A DNA stretch of 15,734 nucleotides from UHGV virus genome UHGV-0194232. The stretch is one strand, 5' to 3'. Below are positions 1 to 7,382 of this stretch, piece by piece (the stretch's first letter is position 1; each line of letters starts with the position of its first letter). A program made the position numbers and the translations under genes. A model generated the notes under the pieces. That model was not told the DNA's origin. It saw only the letters and a list, made by a program, of their open reading frames with translations, and did no database searches. Origin of the DNA: a virus.

Positions 1-982
1 GAATATTTTTTAATGCTGTCGCCACACCATTCTGGAAACGAAATACATGCTGACCATTCGCATAAACATCCAGAATACCATCACCGTTTTGTTTTATACC
101 TGTATCGTTATCCCCGAAAGCAATTGAGTTACCGCCCAGTGCGTTCTGAACACCGATACCCAGCGCACCATTCACCTGTGAACCACCGCCAACAGACACT
201 TTGTGCGACATGGATATTTCACCCGTCCGCAAATTTATGGTGAACGGACGCAGGGGACCAATATCGCCATTCTCGCCCTGACCTTCACTGGTAGGAATAA
301 GGTGCAGGCACTCTTCCGAACGACGAAAAATCAGACCAAAGGCTTCGTTGAAAATCCTCAGCGCATTAACACCACGGATTTTCAGTTCCCCGCTCATGGT
401 GTCACCATCACGCTGAACGGCATTTTTTGCCTTGTCCACCGTGGGTTTTAATCCGAGGTTTTCAACAGCCTCATCCTTGTCTTCCACATCCGAAAGATTC
501 TTTTTTCGTTGCAGATAGCGTCTGTCTCCGGTTTCCTGAGTAATAATGGCCCTGTCCGGATCAACTTCCAGCACCACGTTTTGTGCGTGCGTCAGCCCAA
601 GAACCAGCGTCAGAATAACTTCCTTGATAACGGAGTCCGTCTGGTCTGGTAAAAAGGTGTCGGGATAACGTCCGTAGGCGATAAGCGTACCTCTGTCGCT
701 GATCATCCCCAGTTCACGAAGGGTTTTACCGGGGTATGATTTACAGTCAATCACAATATCCCCGCTGATGAAACCCTCCTCCACCGCACCGTCGGAAAAG
801 GGTTCCTGCCCGAATGCGCCGTACAACGATGTCATTGCTGCCATTTCATCCGGCGTGGATGGCAATGCCCGCCCGCCCCCGTCACCAAGCAGAACATGCC
901 GGACGGTCACGGTTTGCCCGTTCTGATATGCTGATTCAATTTCTGCCGCGCCAGCTGTCGTCAGGGTTAATCCTGATGCCAT
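1..982 (-). CDS. H: Tail fibre protein, P2 gpH-like; partial (N-terminal 327 codons, 3' end lies beyond the left edge of the window)
   Basis: Not in the ORF track because it has no in-window stop. Manual minus-strand translation from ATG at 982..980 gives MASGLTLTTAGAAEIESAYQNGQTVTVRHVLLGDGGG... and, at the window edge, ...ALGGNSIAFGDNDTGIKQNGDGILDVYANGQHVFRFQNGVATALKNI. Both stretches match recalled P2 gpH (N-terminal TTAGAAKLA...MAVGDGGG; internal ALGGSSIVLGDNDTGFKQNGDGILDVYANSQRVFRFQNGVAIAFKNIQ). A GAGGTG Shine-Dalgarno lies about 10 nt upstream of the ATG. Confidence 0.8.
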   Translation of the reverse strand, partial: MASGLTLTTAGAAEIESAYQNGQTVTVRHVLLGDGGGRALPSTPDEMAAMTSLYGAFGQEPFSDGAVEEGFISGDIVIDCKSYPGKTLRELGMISDRGTLIAYGRYPDTFLPDQTDSVIKEVILTLVLGLTHAQNVVLEVDPDRAIITQETGDRRYLQRKKNLSDVEDKDEAVENLGLKPTVDKAKNAVQRDGDTMSGELKIRGVNALRIFNEAFGLIFRRSEECLHLIPTSEGQGENGDIGPLRPFTINLRTGEISMSHKVSVGGGSQVNGALGIGVQNALGGNSIAFGDNDTGIKQNGDGILDVYANGQHVFRFQNGVATALKNI

Positions 983-1004
983 GATTCGTTTCACCTCGTA
1001 AAAA

Positions 1005-3416
1005 TCAGTCCGTCAGCTGCGGACAGTCATAAAACGTTTCTGATACTGATGCCGGGGACGGAAACTTCGTCATAAACGTCGACCGGCTTCCTGTCACCCG
1101 GTGGCAGTTTTTGAACAACGCGCTCAGGTTACAGCCTGCCGGGAATTTCTCTGTGAAAATATCGTTAATATCCATCTCCAGCGAATTACAGCCTGTAAAT
1201 GTGGCCATCAGGGAAATTGCGCTGGTTTGCGGAGCAATCAGGCCAGTCGGGATCCGGCGCAGCGCCACACACCCCTGAAACATTTTTTCCGGGTCGTTGA
1301 TCCTGCTTCCGGCAAACAACACCTCCTGAATTTCCTCCAGCGAAGCGCAGGACGCAAACAACATCCAGGTTCTGGTCAGACTGTTGCATCCGGCAAGCAT
1401 ATCGTCCGGCAGACGGCGAAGGGCTCTGCACCCCTTGAATGTCCCGACCATCGCTTTCAGCGAACGACACCCAGAAAGCATCCCGCCCCCGATACTCTCC
1501 AGCGACAGACAACCATCAAAAAGGTAATTGCACTGTTCGAGACGTACTGCATCCGCCAGCAGATTTTTCCCTGCTTTAACCAGATTTGTACACCCGCAAA
1601 ATACCGTCATACACGACGTCAGGTTTCTGGCGTTCATGAAAACAGCCTCTCCCACCGAAACCAGTGATGTACAGTTCTCAAAACACCGGTCAATCACCTT
1701 GCATTCCGGCAAACCGGCTAACAGGCGATCAGGTATATACTGCAACCCTGTACAACCACGAAACGTCATGGATAAGTTGCCAATACGATTTTTTATTCCG
1801 TCAAAATATCCCGCAGGCAACAGAGTGAGCCCACTGCATGACTCAAATGTCCGGTTAAAGGTTACCTGTAGCCGGTTTTCCCCTTCCCCCGGCAACAGTT
1901 CCGGCAGTTCCGACAGGGACTGACAGTTATAAAACGCCTCCGAAAGCGATGTTATTCTGCGGGTGGGGATACGCGGTGCCACGGCAAGTCGTTTGCAGCC
2001 ATAGAACGCCGATGTCAGACTTTCCAGATTTTCTGCCGGCTCCAGTAATCCCGCCGGCACTTCCGTCAGGGCTGCGCAGCCATAAAACAACTGAGAAAAA
2101 TTTGTCGCCATGCGGGCGGACAAAAACATCCCCTCCGGCACCACCGTCAGCCGGGTACAGCCATAAAACACGGCGTAAAACGACGTCACTGACGGGCAGC
2201 CGGCAAACAGATTTTCCGGCAAATCCGTCAGCGCAGTACAGCCACGAAACGCACGTGCAAACGTGGTGACCTTTTCCAGAGTGTCAAACGCCCCTGCATG
2301 AATTTTTCGCAGCGCATTCTGCGTGTTGGCAAATCCTTCCATACTGGTGCGGGTGCCACTGATTTCGATAATCTCAAGCAATGAACAGGTTACCGGTGAC
2401 GTACTTCGGTAGAACATCAGGCTTTCACAGTTCCTGACCGTCAGCGTCACTTCCTCCCCTGACGTCAGGGGGCGGGTGGCCATGACTGAATTCCCTGAAA
2501 TCGTGTAATCCCTGCCTGCCACACCATCGCCGTAATCAATGGTAAAATCGGTGTCTCTGCTGTCATCGATTAAGAACAGCGGTCTGCTCACACTGTCAAT
2601 GCGCACCACAACACGGGCTACCGCCACCACTTTTACAGCCAGCGTGGCAGCCACCCCGTTTGACGTCATGACACTCACTGTTGTGGCTCCGCACTGCCTG
2701 GCGGTCAGGGTGATGACATCGCCATCAACCTGTATATCAGCCACACGCTCGTCTGCCAGGTGGACAGTGAAGGAGCGGTCTTCGGCGATTAGTGGCAATA
2801 TCGTCACCTGTACGGACGCCGTTTCACCGGGTGCCAGTTGCACACTGTCCGGCGACAACAGGATCTGTGATGGCATGATTTTATTTTTCAGTTTTTCCGT
2901 CGCCGTCACATAACCATAACCATATCCGTTCCCCCGGCAGTTTCCATAAACGTGAATACTGAACCAGCTGCGCAGATTTTTGGCCCGTAGTACGGCATGT
3001 TTCAAATCCTGGTGGTCGCTCATCAGAACCGGCAGATCCTTCTGCTCCACATTCAGCCGGAAGGTATAAGGATCTCCCGGTGGCGTCTGCTCATACCACT
3101 CCACAATCTGCGACCGGAACGGACTGTCTGCCAGGGATTCATTCAGTGCGGCTTTTGTTCCCCTGTGACGATGGATATAGGCAGCACGTTTTATCGCTGC
3201 CCTTTTTTCCGCCTCTGTCCAGTGCTCATTCCAGGTATCCACTGACATTTCCCAGGCCAGCCATGGCAGCAATTCCGTCGGACATAAATCGGGATTTTTG
3301 ACATAGCGGATCAGACAGACCGCGATTTCCGCCAGCATATCACCGGCGGTACTGTCCACCACCCGCTCTGCCCGGCTGGCGCTGACCGGTAGTATGCTTC
3401 TGATTTTGTCATTCAT
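1005..3416 (-). CDS. I: Baseplate wedge protein, P2 gpI-like N-terminal domain fused to a C-terminal Ig-like domain plus BspA-type leucine-rich repeats (803 aa)
   Basis: ORF 1005..3416, ATG at 3416 overlapping the gpJ stop (ATGAATGA). The N-terminal ~175 aa align with recalled P2 gpI (NPDLCPTELLPWLAWEMSVDTW vs NPDTCPANLLPWLAWAFSVDRW; PPGDPYTFRL vs DPPGTFRL). Residues ~180-260 look like a bacterial Ig-like fold (LAPGETASVQVTILP...TVSVMTSNGVAATLAVKV). Residues ~340-803 carry about 20 repeats of an F-x-G-C-x-x-L-x-x-hP motif (AFRGCTALTDLP, VFYGCTRLTVVP, LFYGCAALTEVP, AFYGCKRLAVAP, AFYNCQSLSELP, TFRGCTGLQYIP ...). Confidence 0.85.
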   Translation of the reverse strand: MNDKIRSILPVSASRAERVVDSTAGDMLAEIAVCLIRYVKNPDLCPTELLPWLAWEMSVDTWNEHWTEAEKRAAIKRAAYIHRHRGTKAALNESLADSPFRSQIVEWYEQTPPGDPYTFRLNVEQKDLPVLMSDHQDLKHAVLRAKNLRSWFSIHVYGNCRGNGYGYGYVTATEKLKNKIMPSQILLSPDSVQLAPGETASVQVTILPLIAEDRSFTVHLADERVADIQVDGDVITLTARQCGATTVSVMTSNGVAATLAVKVVAVARVVVRIDSVSRPLFLIDDSRDTDFTIDYGDGVAGRDYTISGNSVMATRPLTSGEEVTLTVRNCESLMFYRSTSPVTCSLLEIIEISGTRTSMEGFANTQNALRKIHAGAFDTLEKVTTFARAFRGCTALTDLPENLFAGCPSVTSFYAVFYGCTRLTVVPEGMFLSARMATNFSQLFYGCAALTEVPAGLLEPAENLESLTSAFYGCKRLAVAPRIPTRRITSLSEAFYNCQSLSELPELLPGEGENRLQVTFNRTFESCSGLTLLPAGYFDGIKNRIGNLSMTFRGCTGLQYIPDRLLAGLPECKVIDRCFENCTSLVSVGEAVFMNARNLTSCMTVFCGCTNLVKAGKNLLADAVRLEQCNYLFDGCLSLESIGGGMLSGCRSLKAMVGTFKGCRALRRLPDDMLAGCNSLTRTWMLFASCASLEEIQEVLFAGSRINDPEKMFQGCVALRRIPTGLIAPQTSAISLMATFTGCNSLEMDINDIFTEKFPAGCNLSALFKNCHRVTGSRSTFMTKFPSPASVSETFYDCPQLTD

Positions 3417-4323
3417 CGGTTGTCTCCACCTTGTTCAGTGTGACTGAGCGACACCATGGAGCCTGCCCCATCACCGGAACAATATCACTGGCCGGCGATT
3501 TCAGTGCCACCGTAATCACCCCCGTCTGATGCAGGGCTCCGTCCATACCTGAGCAGGACGCCACAGAGCCAATCCGGTGCACACTGTCAGTGTAGGCCTG
3601 CAGCGCCTGGCGGGCATTTTTCATCACCAGTTCACCATCCAGCCCGTAGGGAATATGGATATCCGCCACCACATCGTAGGGAATAATTTCTGCCGCACGG
3701 ACGCTGACAAAATCCGTCAGGGGTCGAATTTCATCATCATTGACTGACGCCGCCACCTTATCCAGCAGGGGTTGTGATGCCGTACCATTTCCTGTACGCG
3801 CTAACACATAAAGAAAAACACGCCCTTCCTGTGAATGCGTTTCCGGTCCGTAGGCTTTCACATCCAGCACATCAGGATCGGCACTCTGTGCAAAATAGTG
3901 GTATGCGTTTCTCGCGCCTGCGGTGCTGAGTCGTGCCCATGACAACTGAATACGTTCGCGAAAAGCGTCATCATCTTCATACACCGCAGGCGTGGGCGGA
4001 ATAGTGCTGTCATCTGCCGGGGTAATCACCAGACGTTGCACCTGAAAATTCGCACCAATCTGATCCAGGTCGTTCCTCCGGGCGCTCGCAAGCAATACAC
4101 CCCGGACAGCATCATTGACCTGCTGGCGCATCAGCGCCACCCGAAAAGCCAGTGTCTCTGCCCATTTATACGCCGGATCGGATTCCACCAGGGCCGAAAA
4201 CAACGTGTCCAGCTCCTGATACTTCGCCACTATCTGAGTGACCAGCACAGCTGTGTCCGGCACTTCCACCGCATCCGGTACCGGTATCGCGGACAGATCA
4301 ATGATTGCCTGAGACGTTGCCAA
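3409..4323 (-). CDS. J: Baseplate assembly protein, P2 gpJ-like (304 aa)
   Basis: ORF 3409..4323 aligns over its full length with recalled P2 gpJ (IIDLSAIPVPD vs IIDLNQLPAPD; ITPADDSTIPPTPAV identical block). It starts with TTG at 4323, preceded by GAGGAG at about 7-8 nt; no in-frame ATG is nearby. Confidence 0.9.
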   Translation of the reverse strand: MATSQAIIDLSAIPVPDAVEVPDTAVLVTQIVAKYQELDTLFSALVESDPAYKWAETLAFRVALMRQQVNDAVRGVLLASARRNDLDQIGANFQVQRLVITPADDSTIPPTPAVYEDDDAFRERIQLSWARLSTAGARNAYHYFAQSADPDVLDVKAYGPETHSQEGRVFLYVLARTGNGTASQPLLDKVAASVNDDEIRPLTDFVSVRAAEIIPYDVVADIHIPYGLDGELVMKNARQALQAYTDSVHRIGSVASCSGMDGALHQTGVITVALKSPASDIVPVMGQAPWCRSVTLNKVETTDE

Positions 4324-4654
4324 TTTTTATCTCCTCGAGTCGAATCGTTTCCTGTGTCTCGTTGTTCACCCCAACAAGCGTCAGCCAGGCGCTTCCTTCT
4401 CCTGTCCATGTCACCTCCACCCGCCGGAGGGTCAGGCGGGGTTCCCAGCGCTCAAGGGCGGTTGCCGTTTCACGGACAATCCTCACCCGCGTAAAATCAT
4501 CCTGCGGGTTATCAAGCAGACTGAACAACCTGCTGCCGTATTCCCTGAGAAGTACCCGGCTGCCGACCGGTGTTGATAAAATATCGGTGACGGACTGACG
4601 CAGGTGTTCGTTACCGTGCAGATATCTGCCAGTGGCGGAATCAATACCAATCAT
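4298..4654 (-). CDS. W: Baseplate protein, P2 gpW-like (GPW/gp25 family), 118 aa
   Basis: ORF 4298..4693 contains ILSTPVGSRVLLREYGSRLFSLLD...ERWEPRLTL, matching recalled P2 gpW (ILRTPVGSRVMRRDYGSLLASMID...LKWEPRVTL). ATG at 4654 gives a P2-like length. An alternative GTG at 4693 overlaps the gpV stop (GTGA) but would place the hairpin/T9 tract inside the coding sequence. Confidence 0.75.
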   Translation of the reverse strand: MIGIDSATGRYLHGNEHLRQSVTDILSTPVGSRVLLREYGSRLFSLLDNPQDDFTRVRIVRETATALERWEPRLTLRRVEVTWTGEGSAWLTLVGVNNETQETIRLEEIKIGNVSGNH

Positions 4655-4663
4655 GAAATTTTT

Positions 4664-4690
4664 CCGAAAAAAAAACGCCGGTGCGGCGTT
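4664..4690 (-). terminator. Candidate weak intrinsic terminator or attenuator between gpV and gpW
   Basis: On the minus strand: a short GC hairpin (arms cgccg/cggcg at 4676-4680 and 4684-4688, 3-nt loop, extendable by two A:U pairs) directly followed by a run of 9 U (plus-strand A run 4667-4675). It sits immediately after the gpV stop codon. Confidence 0.4.
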
Positions 4691-5313
4691 CACATTTCCT
4701 GGTTAGGTTTACGGGTGGTTCCCCCGCTGTCGCCAGGGTGATCATGAGTATTATAAATTTCGCGAATTTTACTCATGCTACCGGTTTTGTCGGTGATCTC
4801 CTGTGAGGCACCGATATTGCCCAGAACCTGCGTATCGGCATTAATCTTCGTTTTTCCCTGCACAGTCAGGGTATCCGTGATTTCCACCGGACCGTCAAGC
4901 GTTCCCCTGCCGGTGATTTTATAGCTGCCGCCTTCAGCCAGCGTGATGGACAGGGCATTAGCCTGGCGGTCGTAACGGATCTCCGTTCCGGTATCAAACA
5001 AAATAACATGCTCGTGTTCACTGCCCGCCGGTACCGGAATCGCGTCAATGTTGGCCCCCGGATACACCCGACCATTACGCAGATCGCCCGCCTCCGATAT
5101 CACTGTGACCGCATCTCCTGGTGCCGGGTAATTACTGACCTGCATGTAACGCCCGGACTGCACCTGAATCCATGGCAACGGCGGCGAAAGCACATCTCCG
5201 ATATCCACCCGGACCATCACCGGGCTACCCGGGATCACCTCTTCCACCACGCCGCGACGGACCATGTCCGCCACCCTGCGGCGTAACTCTGCCACTTCAT
5301 CCGCCAGACTCAT
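4690..5313 (-). CDS. V: Baseplate spike / assembly protein, P2 gpV-like (207 aa)
   Basis: C-terminal HDHPGDSGGTTRKP matches recalled P2 gpV HKHPGDSGGTTGSP, and the N-terminal region aligns with the gpV start. ORF track extends to 5607, but the start was chosen at ATG 5313 (MSLADEVAELRRRVADMV) on homology and a GGAGGG Shine-Dalgarno upstream; the longer version would overlap the upstream gene by ~300 nt. Confidence 0.85.
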   Translation of the reverse strand: MSLADEVAELRRRVADMVRRGVVEEVIPGSPVMVRVDIGDVLSPPLPWIQVQSGRYMQVSNYPAPGDAVTVISEAGDLRNGRVYPGANIDAIPVPAGSEHEHVILFDTGTEIRYDRQANALSITLAEGGSYKITGRGTLDGPVEITDTLTVQGKTKINADTQVLGNIGASQEITDKTGSMSKIREIYNTHDHPGDSGGTTRKPNQEM

Positions 5314-5860
5314 CGCCAGTACCCTCCGCTTTCCAGATAAGACGATAATCCTGCACATGCTTTTTACCGGTTTCCGGTACTTTACCCAGCCAGACTTCCT
5401 GTAACGGCACACCTGCCGGAACCGCAAACGGATCTTCGCCGATCGGAATGTCCTGTTCAAAAGAAACACGGAAAACGATGTAGTCGTCCAGCAGCCGGTC
5501 GAAGGTATCCACCTCAGCATCGATAAAAACCGCCGGGTCAACGTTATCCAGCCCGAACGTGGCTCCATCAATCCAGTCAGATAAATCCATCGCCAGACAG
5601 CGGGCAAAAATCTGCGGTTTTGGCACGTTTTCCGTCTTCCCGGCCCGGTCTGTCACCACAAACAGATCGCATTTCAGCGTGACCCGTGTCTGCCCGTCGG
5701 CAAACTGAGCCTTGTCCCATCCGGGTACATCCACAAACACGGCAGGCGTCACCAGTTGCGTCACTTTTTCCGGGTACTCATCGGCATCTTCCACCCAGGG
5801 AATTTGTTTCAGACTGTCAATCACTGCCTGATGCCAGGTTCCCATCATCAATGGTTCCAT
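5297..5860 (-). CDS. Hypothetical virion protein (187 aa), possibly tail-completion / head-tail joining
   Basis: ORF 5297..5863; ATG at 5860 overlaps the upstream gene's TGA in a TGATG arrangement, with AAGGGG/GGAG upstream. Same strand and tight packing within the structural operon. No family recognised with confidence; only a weak resemblance to P2 gpR. The position matches P2 R/S just upstream of V. Confidence 0.55.
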   Translation of the reverse strand: MEPLMMGTWHQAVIDSLKQIPWVEDADEYPEKVTQLVTPAVFVDVPGWDKAQFADGQTRVTLKCDLFVVTDRAGKTENVPKPQIFARCLAMDLSDWIDGATFGLDNVDPAVFIDAEVDTFDRLLDDYIVFRVSFEQDIPIGEDPFAVPAGVPLQEVWLGKVPETGKKHVQDYRLIWKAEGTGDESGG

Positions 5861-6582
5861 CACTCCATCCCCTTAAATACCCGGAATTTCAGTTCATGCT
5901 CAAAATTTTTCAGGATCAGTGCTTCCGCATCCGGAAAAACAAAATCCTCTATACGGTTCAGCATGGCTTCATAAATATCAATTTCTGCTTCGCGCACCCT
6001 ACGTCGTCCGGATGCCTGCCGAACCAGGACAGTCTTACGCCGTGAAATGCGTCCGCTCCGGTTTTCAGACTCAAATTCATTAATGAAAGCCTCTTCACCT
6101 GACCAGGTAGTGACCGGTATTGCCTCTCCGGCAGGTTTAAAACGAATCTCCGGCGCTTTCCTGCGGCGGGAAGCCGGTGCAAAACGCCCCCGTTCATCGC
6201 GCAACTGATGGCGTTCGCCGCGTCGCCCCCCACTGATGCGTCCGCGCAGATCACGTACTTTGATGGCGTTCAGGCCAAACCACACCTTTGCCTCATCAAA
6301 CTCATCGCCATTTCGACGAATGACAAAAGCATTCAGGACACGGTTTTTGATCATTTTCTGGCTGCGTGGCGCAACCTGTTTTTTAAACTCTGCCATGGCC
6401 TTCATCCGCAGTGCGGACGCGGCTCTTTTCAGCGCCACACCCCAGGCTTTACGGATCTGACTTTTTGAACCACCCAGTTTCGCGATAATTTTCAGCACCT
6501 CATCCTCGTCAATATCGACGACGAGGTTTCGTGCCAGCCGTCGCTGCCGGGCACTGCTTCGCTCATGCTCTCTGACTGCCAT
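5860..6582 (-). CDS. Hypothetical virion protein (240 aa), Arg/Gly-rich basic centre
   Basis: ORF 5860..6642; first ATG at 6582 (MAVREHERSS...), which still overlaps the FII 3' end by 20 nt, with only a weak Shine-Dalgarno. Contains a strongly basic segment (RGRISGGRRGERHQLRDERGRFAPASRRRKAPE). No confident homolog recalled. Confidence 0.5.
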   Translation of the reverse strand: MAVREHERSSARQRRLARNLVVDIDEDEVLKIIAKLGGSKSQIRKAWGVALKRAASALRMKAMAEFKKQVAPRSQKMIKNRVLNAFVIRRNGDEFDEAKVWFGLNAIKVRDLRGRISGGRRGERHQLRDERGRFAPASRRRKAPEIRFKPAGEAIPVTTWSGEEAFINEFESENRSGRISRRKTVLVRQASGRRRVREAEIDIYEAMLNRIEDFVFPDAEALILKNFEHELKFRVFKGME

Positions 6583-6967
6583 AACGTTTACTCGGTCGGA
6601 CAGGGGCGGCAGGTGTACTTCTTCCGGGTTCTCCCCGCGCAAGAGTAATGGTAATCACACCATGACCCGCAGTACCCGACTCATCCCAGCCGGGATCGAC
6701 CACCTGGTAGGGTTCGCCGTGGATCATGACCCTGTCATATTTTTTCAGACCGGCGGCCCATGTGCTCCGGGTAAATAACACGGGCGCAGTATCACGAATT
6801 TCGCCACTGCCAGTGTTCATCCCGGTGTTATCTGCCGGGGCATCAAAAACGGCACGGATTTTTCTTTCCGTGCCGCCCGGATATATGCTGATTTCCGTCC
6901 CCATCGTATCCAGGATGATGTTATCCGCATCACTCATGGCCTGATCGAACAGATTATCAAACATCAT
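6563..6967 (-). CDS. FII: Head-tail joining (head completion) protein, lambda gpFII-like
   Basis: N-terminus MMFDNLFDQAMSDAD matches recalled lambda FII MADFDNLFDAAIARAD. Its ATG overlaps the FI stop (TAATG). Confidence 0.8.
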   Translation of the reverse strand: MMFDNLFDQAMSDADNIILDTMGTEISIYPGGTERKIRAVFDAPADNTGMNTGSGEIRDTAPVLFTRSTWAAGLKKYDRVMIHGEPYQVVDPGWDESGTAGHGVITITLARGEPGRSTPAAPVRPSKRYGSQRA

Positions 6968-7332
6968 TACTCCCGAATTTTTTCTGCCAGACCGTCCGCC
7001 AGCAATGCAGGAACTGCGGCCTCATTAACCAGCACAACACTGGAGGCCCGGGCGAACATCAACATTTTTCCCGTCACAGCATCACAGGCTGGCATATGCG
7101 CTGTTTTCAGCATGCGCACCCGGACGAGTCCCCGCTCAGAATGCATCCCGTCGCCGGATACGTCCTTGCCCACCTCTTCCGCCCCTGTATCCTCCGCATC
7201 GAAGCCAGCGGCCTCCTCTTCCCATTCCGCCAGGCGCTGCTCAAGATCGGCTTTTGAACCTGAAATATCTGCTTCACGTCCCAGAATCACTGCCAGTTCC
7301 TGCAAACGTTCAGTCATCTGCTCTTTTGTCAT
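6967..7332 (-). CDS. FI: DNA packaging accessory protein, lambda gpFI-like (121 aa)
   Basis: MTKEQMTERLQELAVILGREADISGSKADLEQRLAEWEEE resembles recalled lambda FI (MTKDELIARLRSLGEQLNRDVSLTGTKEELALRVAELKEE). ATG at 7332 with GGGAGAG upstream. Position matches lambda order between E and FII. Confidence 0.75.
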   Translation of the reverse strand: MTKEQMTERLQELAVILGREADISGSKADLEQRLAEWEEEAAGFDAEDTGAEEVGKDVSGDGMHSERGLVRVRMLKTAHMPACDAVTGKMLMFARASSVVLVNEAAVPALLADGLAEKIRE

Positions 7333-7350
7333 CACATCTCTCCCGTACGC

Positions 7351-7377
7351 TAAAGAAAAAGGCGGGAATATCCCGCC
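7351..7377 (-). terminator. Rho-independent terminator (probably partial) just after the major capsid gene
   Basis: On the minus strand: hairpin ggcggga-ata-tcccgcc (7361-7377, 7-bp GC-rich stem) followed immediately by UUUUUCUUU (plus-strand 7351-7360 taaagaaaaa). It lies 5 nt after the E stop codon, in the E-FI intergenic gap. Confidence 0.6.
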
Positions 7378-7382
7378 CCGTC

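Noticed and set aside
1101-1667. Plus-strand ORFs in the ORF track (examples: 1101..1667, 1528..1923, 2539..2913, 9191..9712, 12479..13030, 14610..14825 and the other plus-strand entries)
   Set aside because: Every one lies antisense to a minus-strand gene with strong full-length homology to lambda or P2 proteins. Their translations are low-complexity, Arg/Ser/His/Cys-rich in the way typical of shadow frames in GC-rich coding DNA, and none has a convincing Shine-Dalgarno or a recognisable family.
4690-5607. The 305 aa version of the gpV ORF (N-terminal extension to 5607)
   Set aside because: The extra 98 residues overlap the upstream 187 aa gene in another frame and have no similarity to gpV. 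Homology begins at the internal ATG 5313, which has a GGAGGG Shine-Dalgarno.
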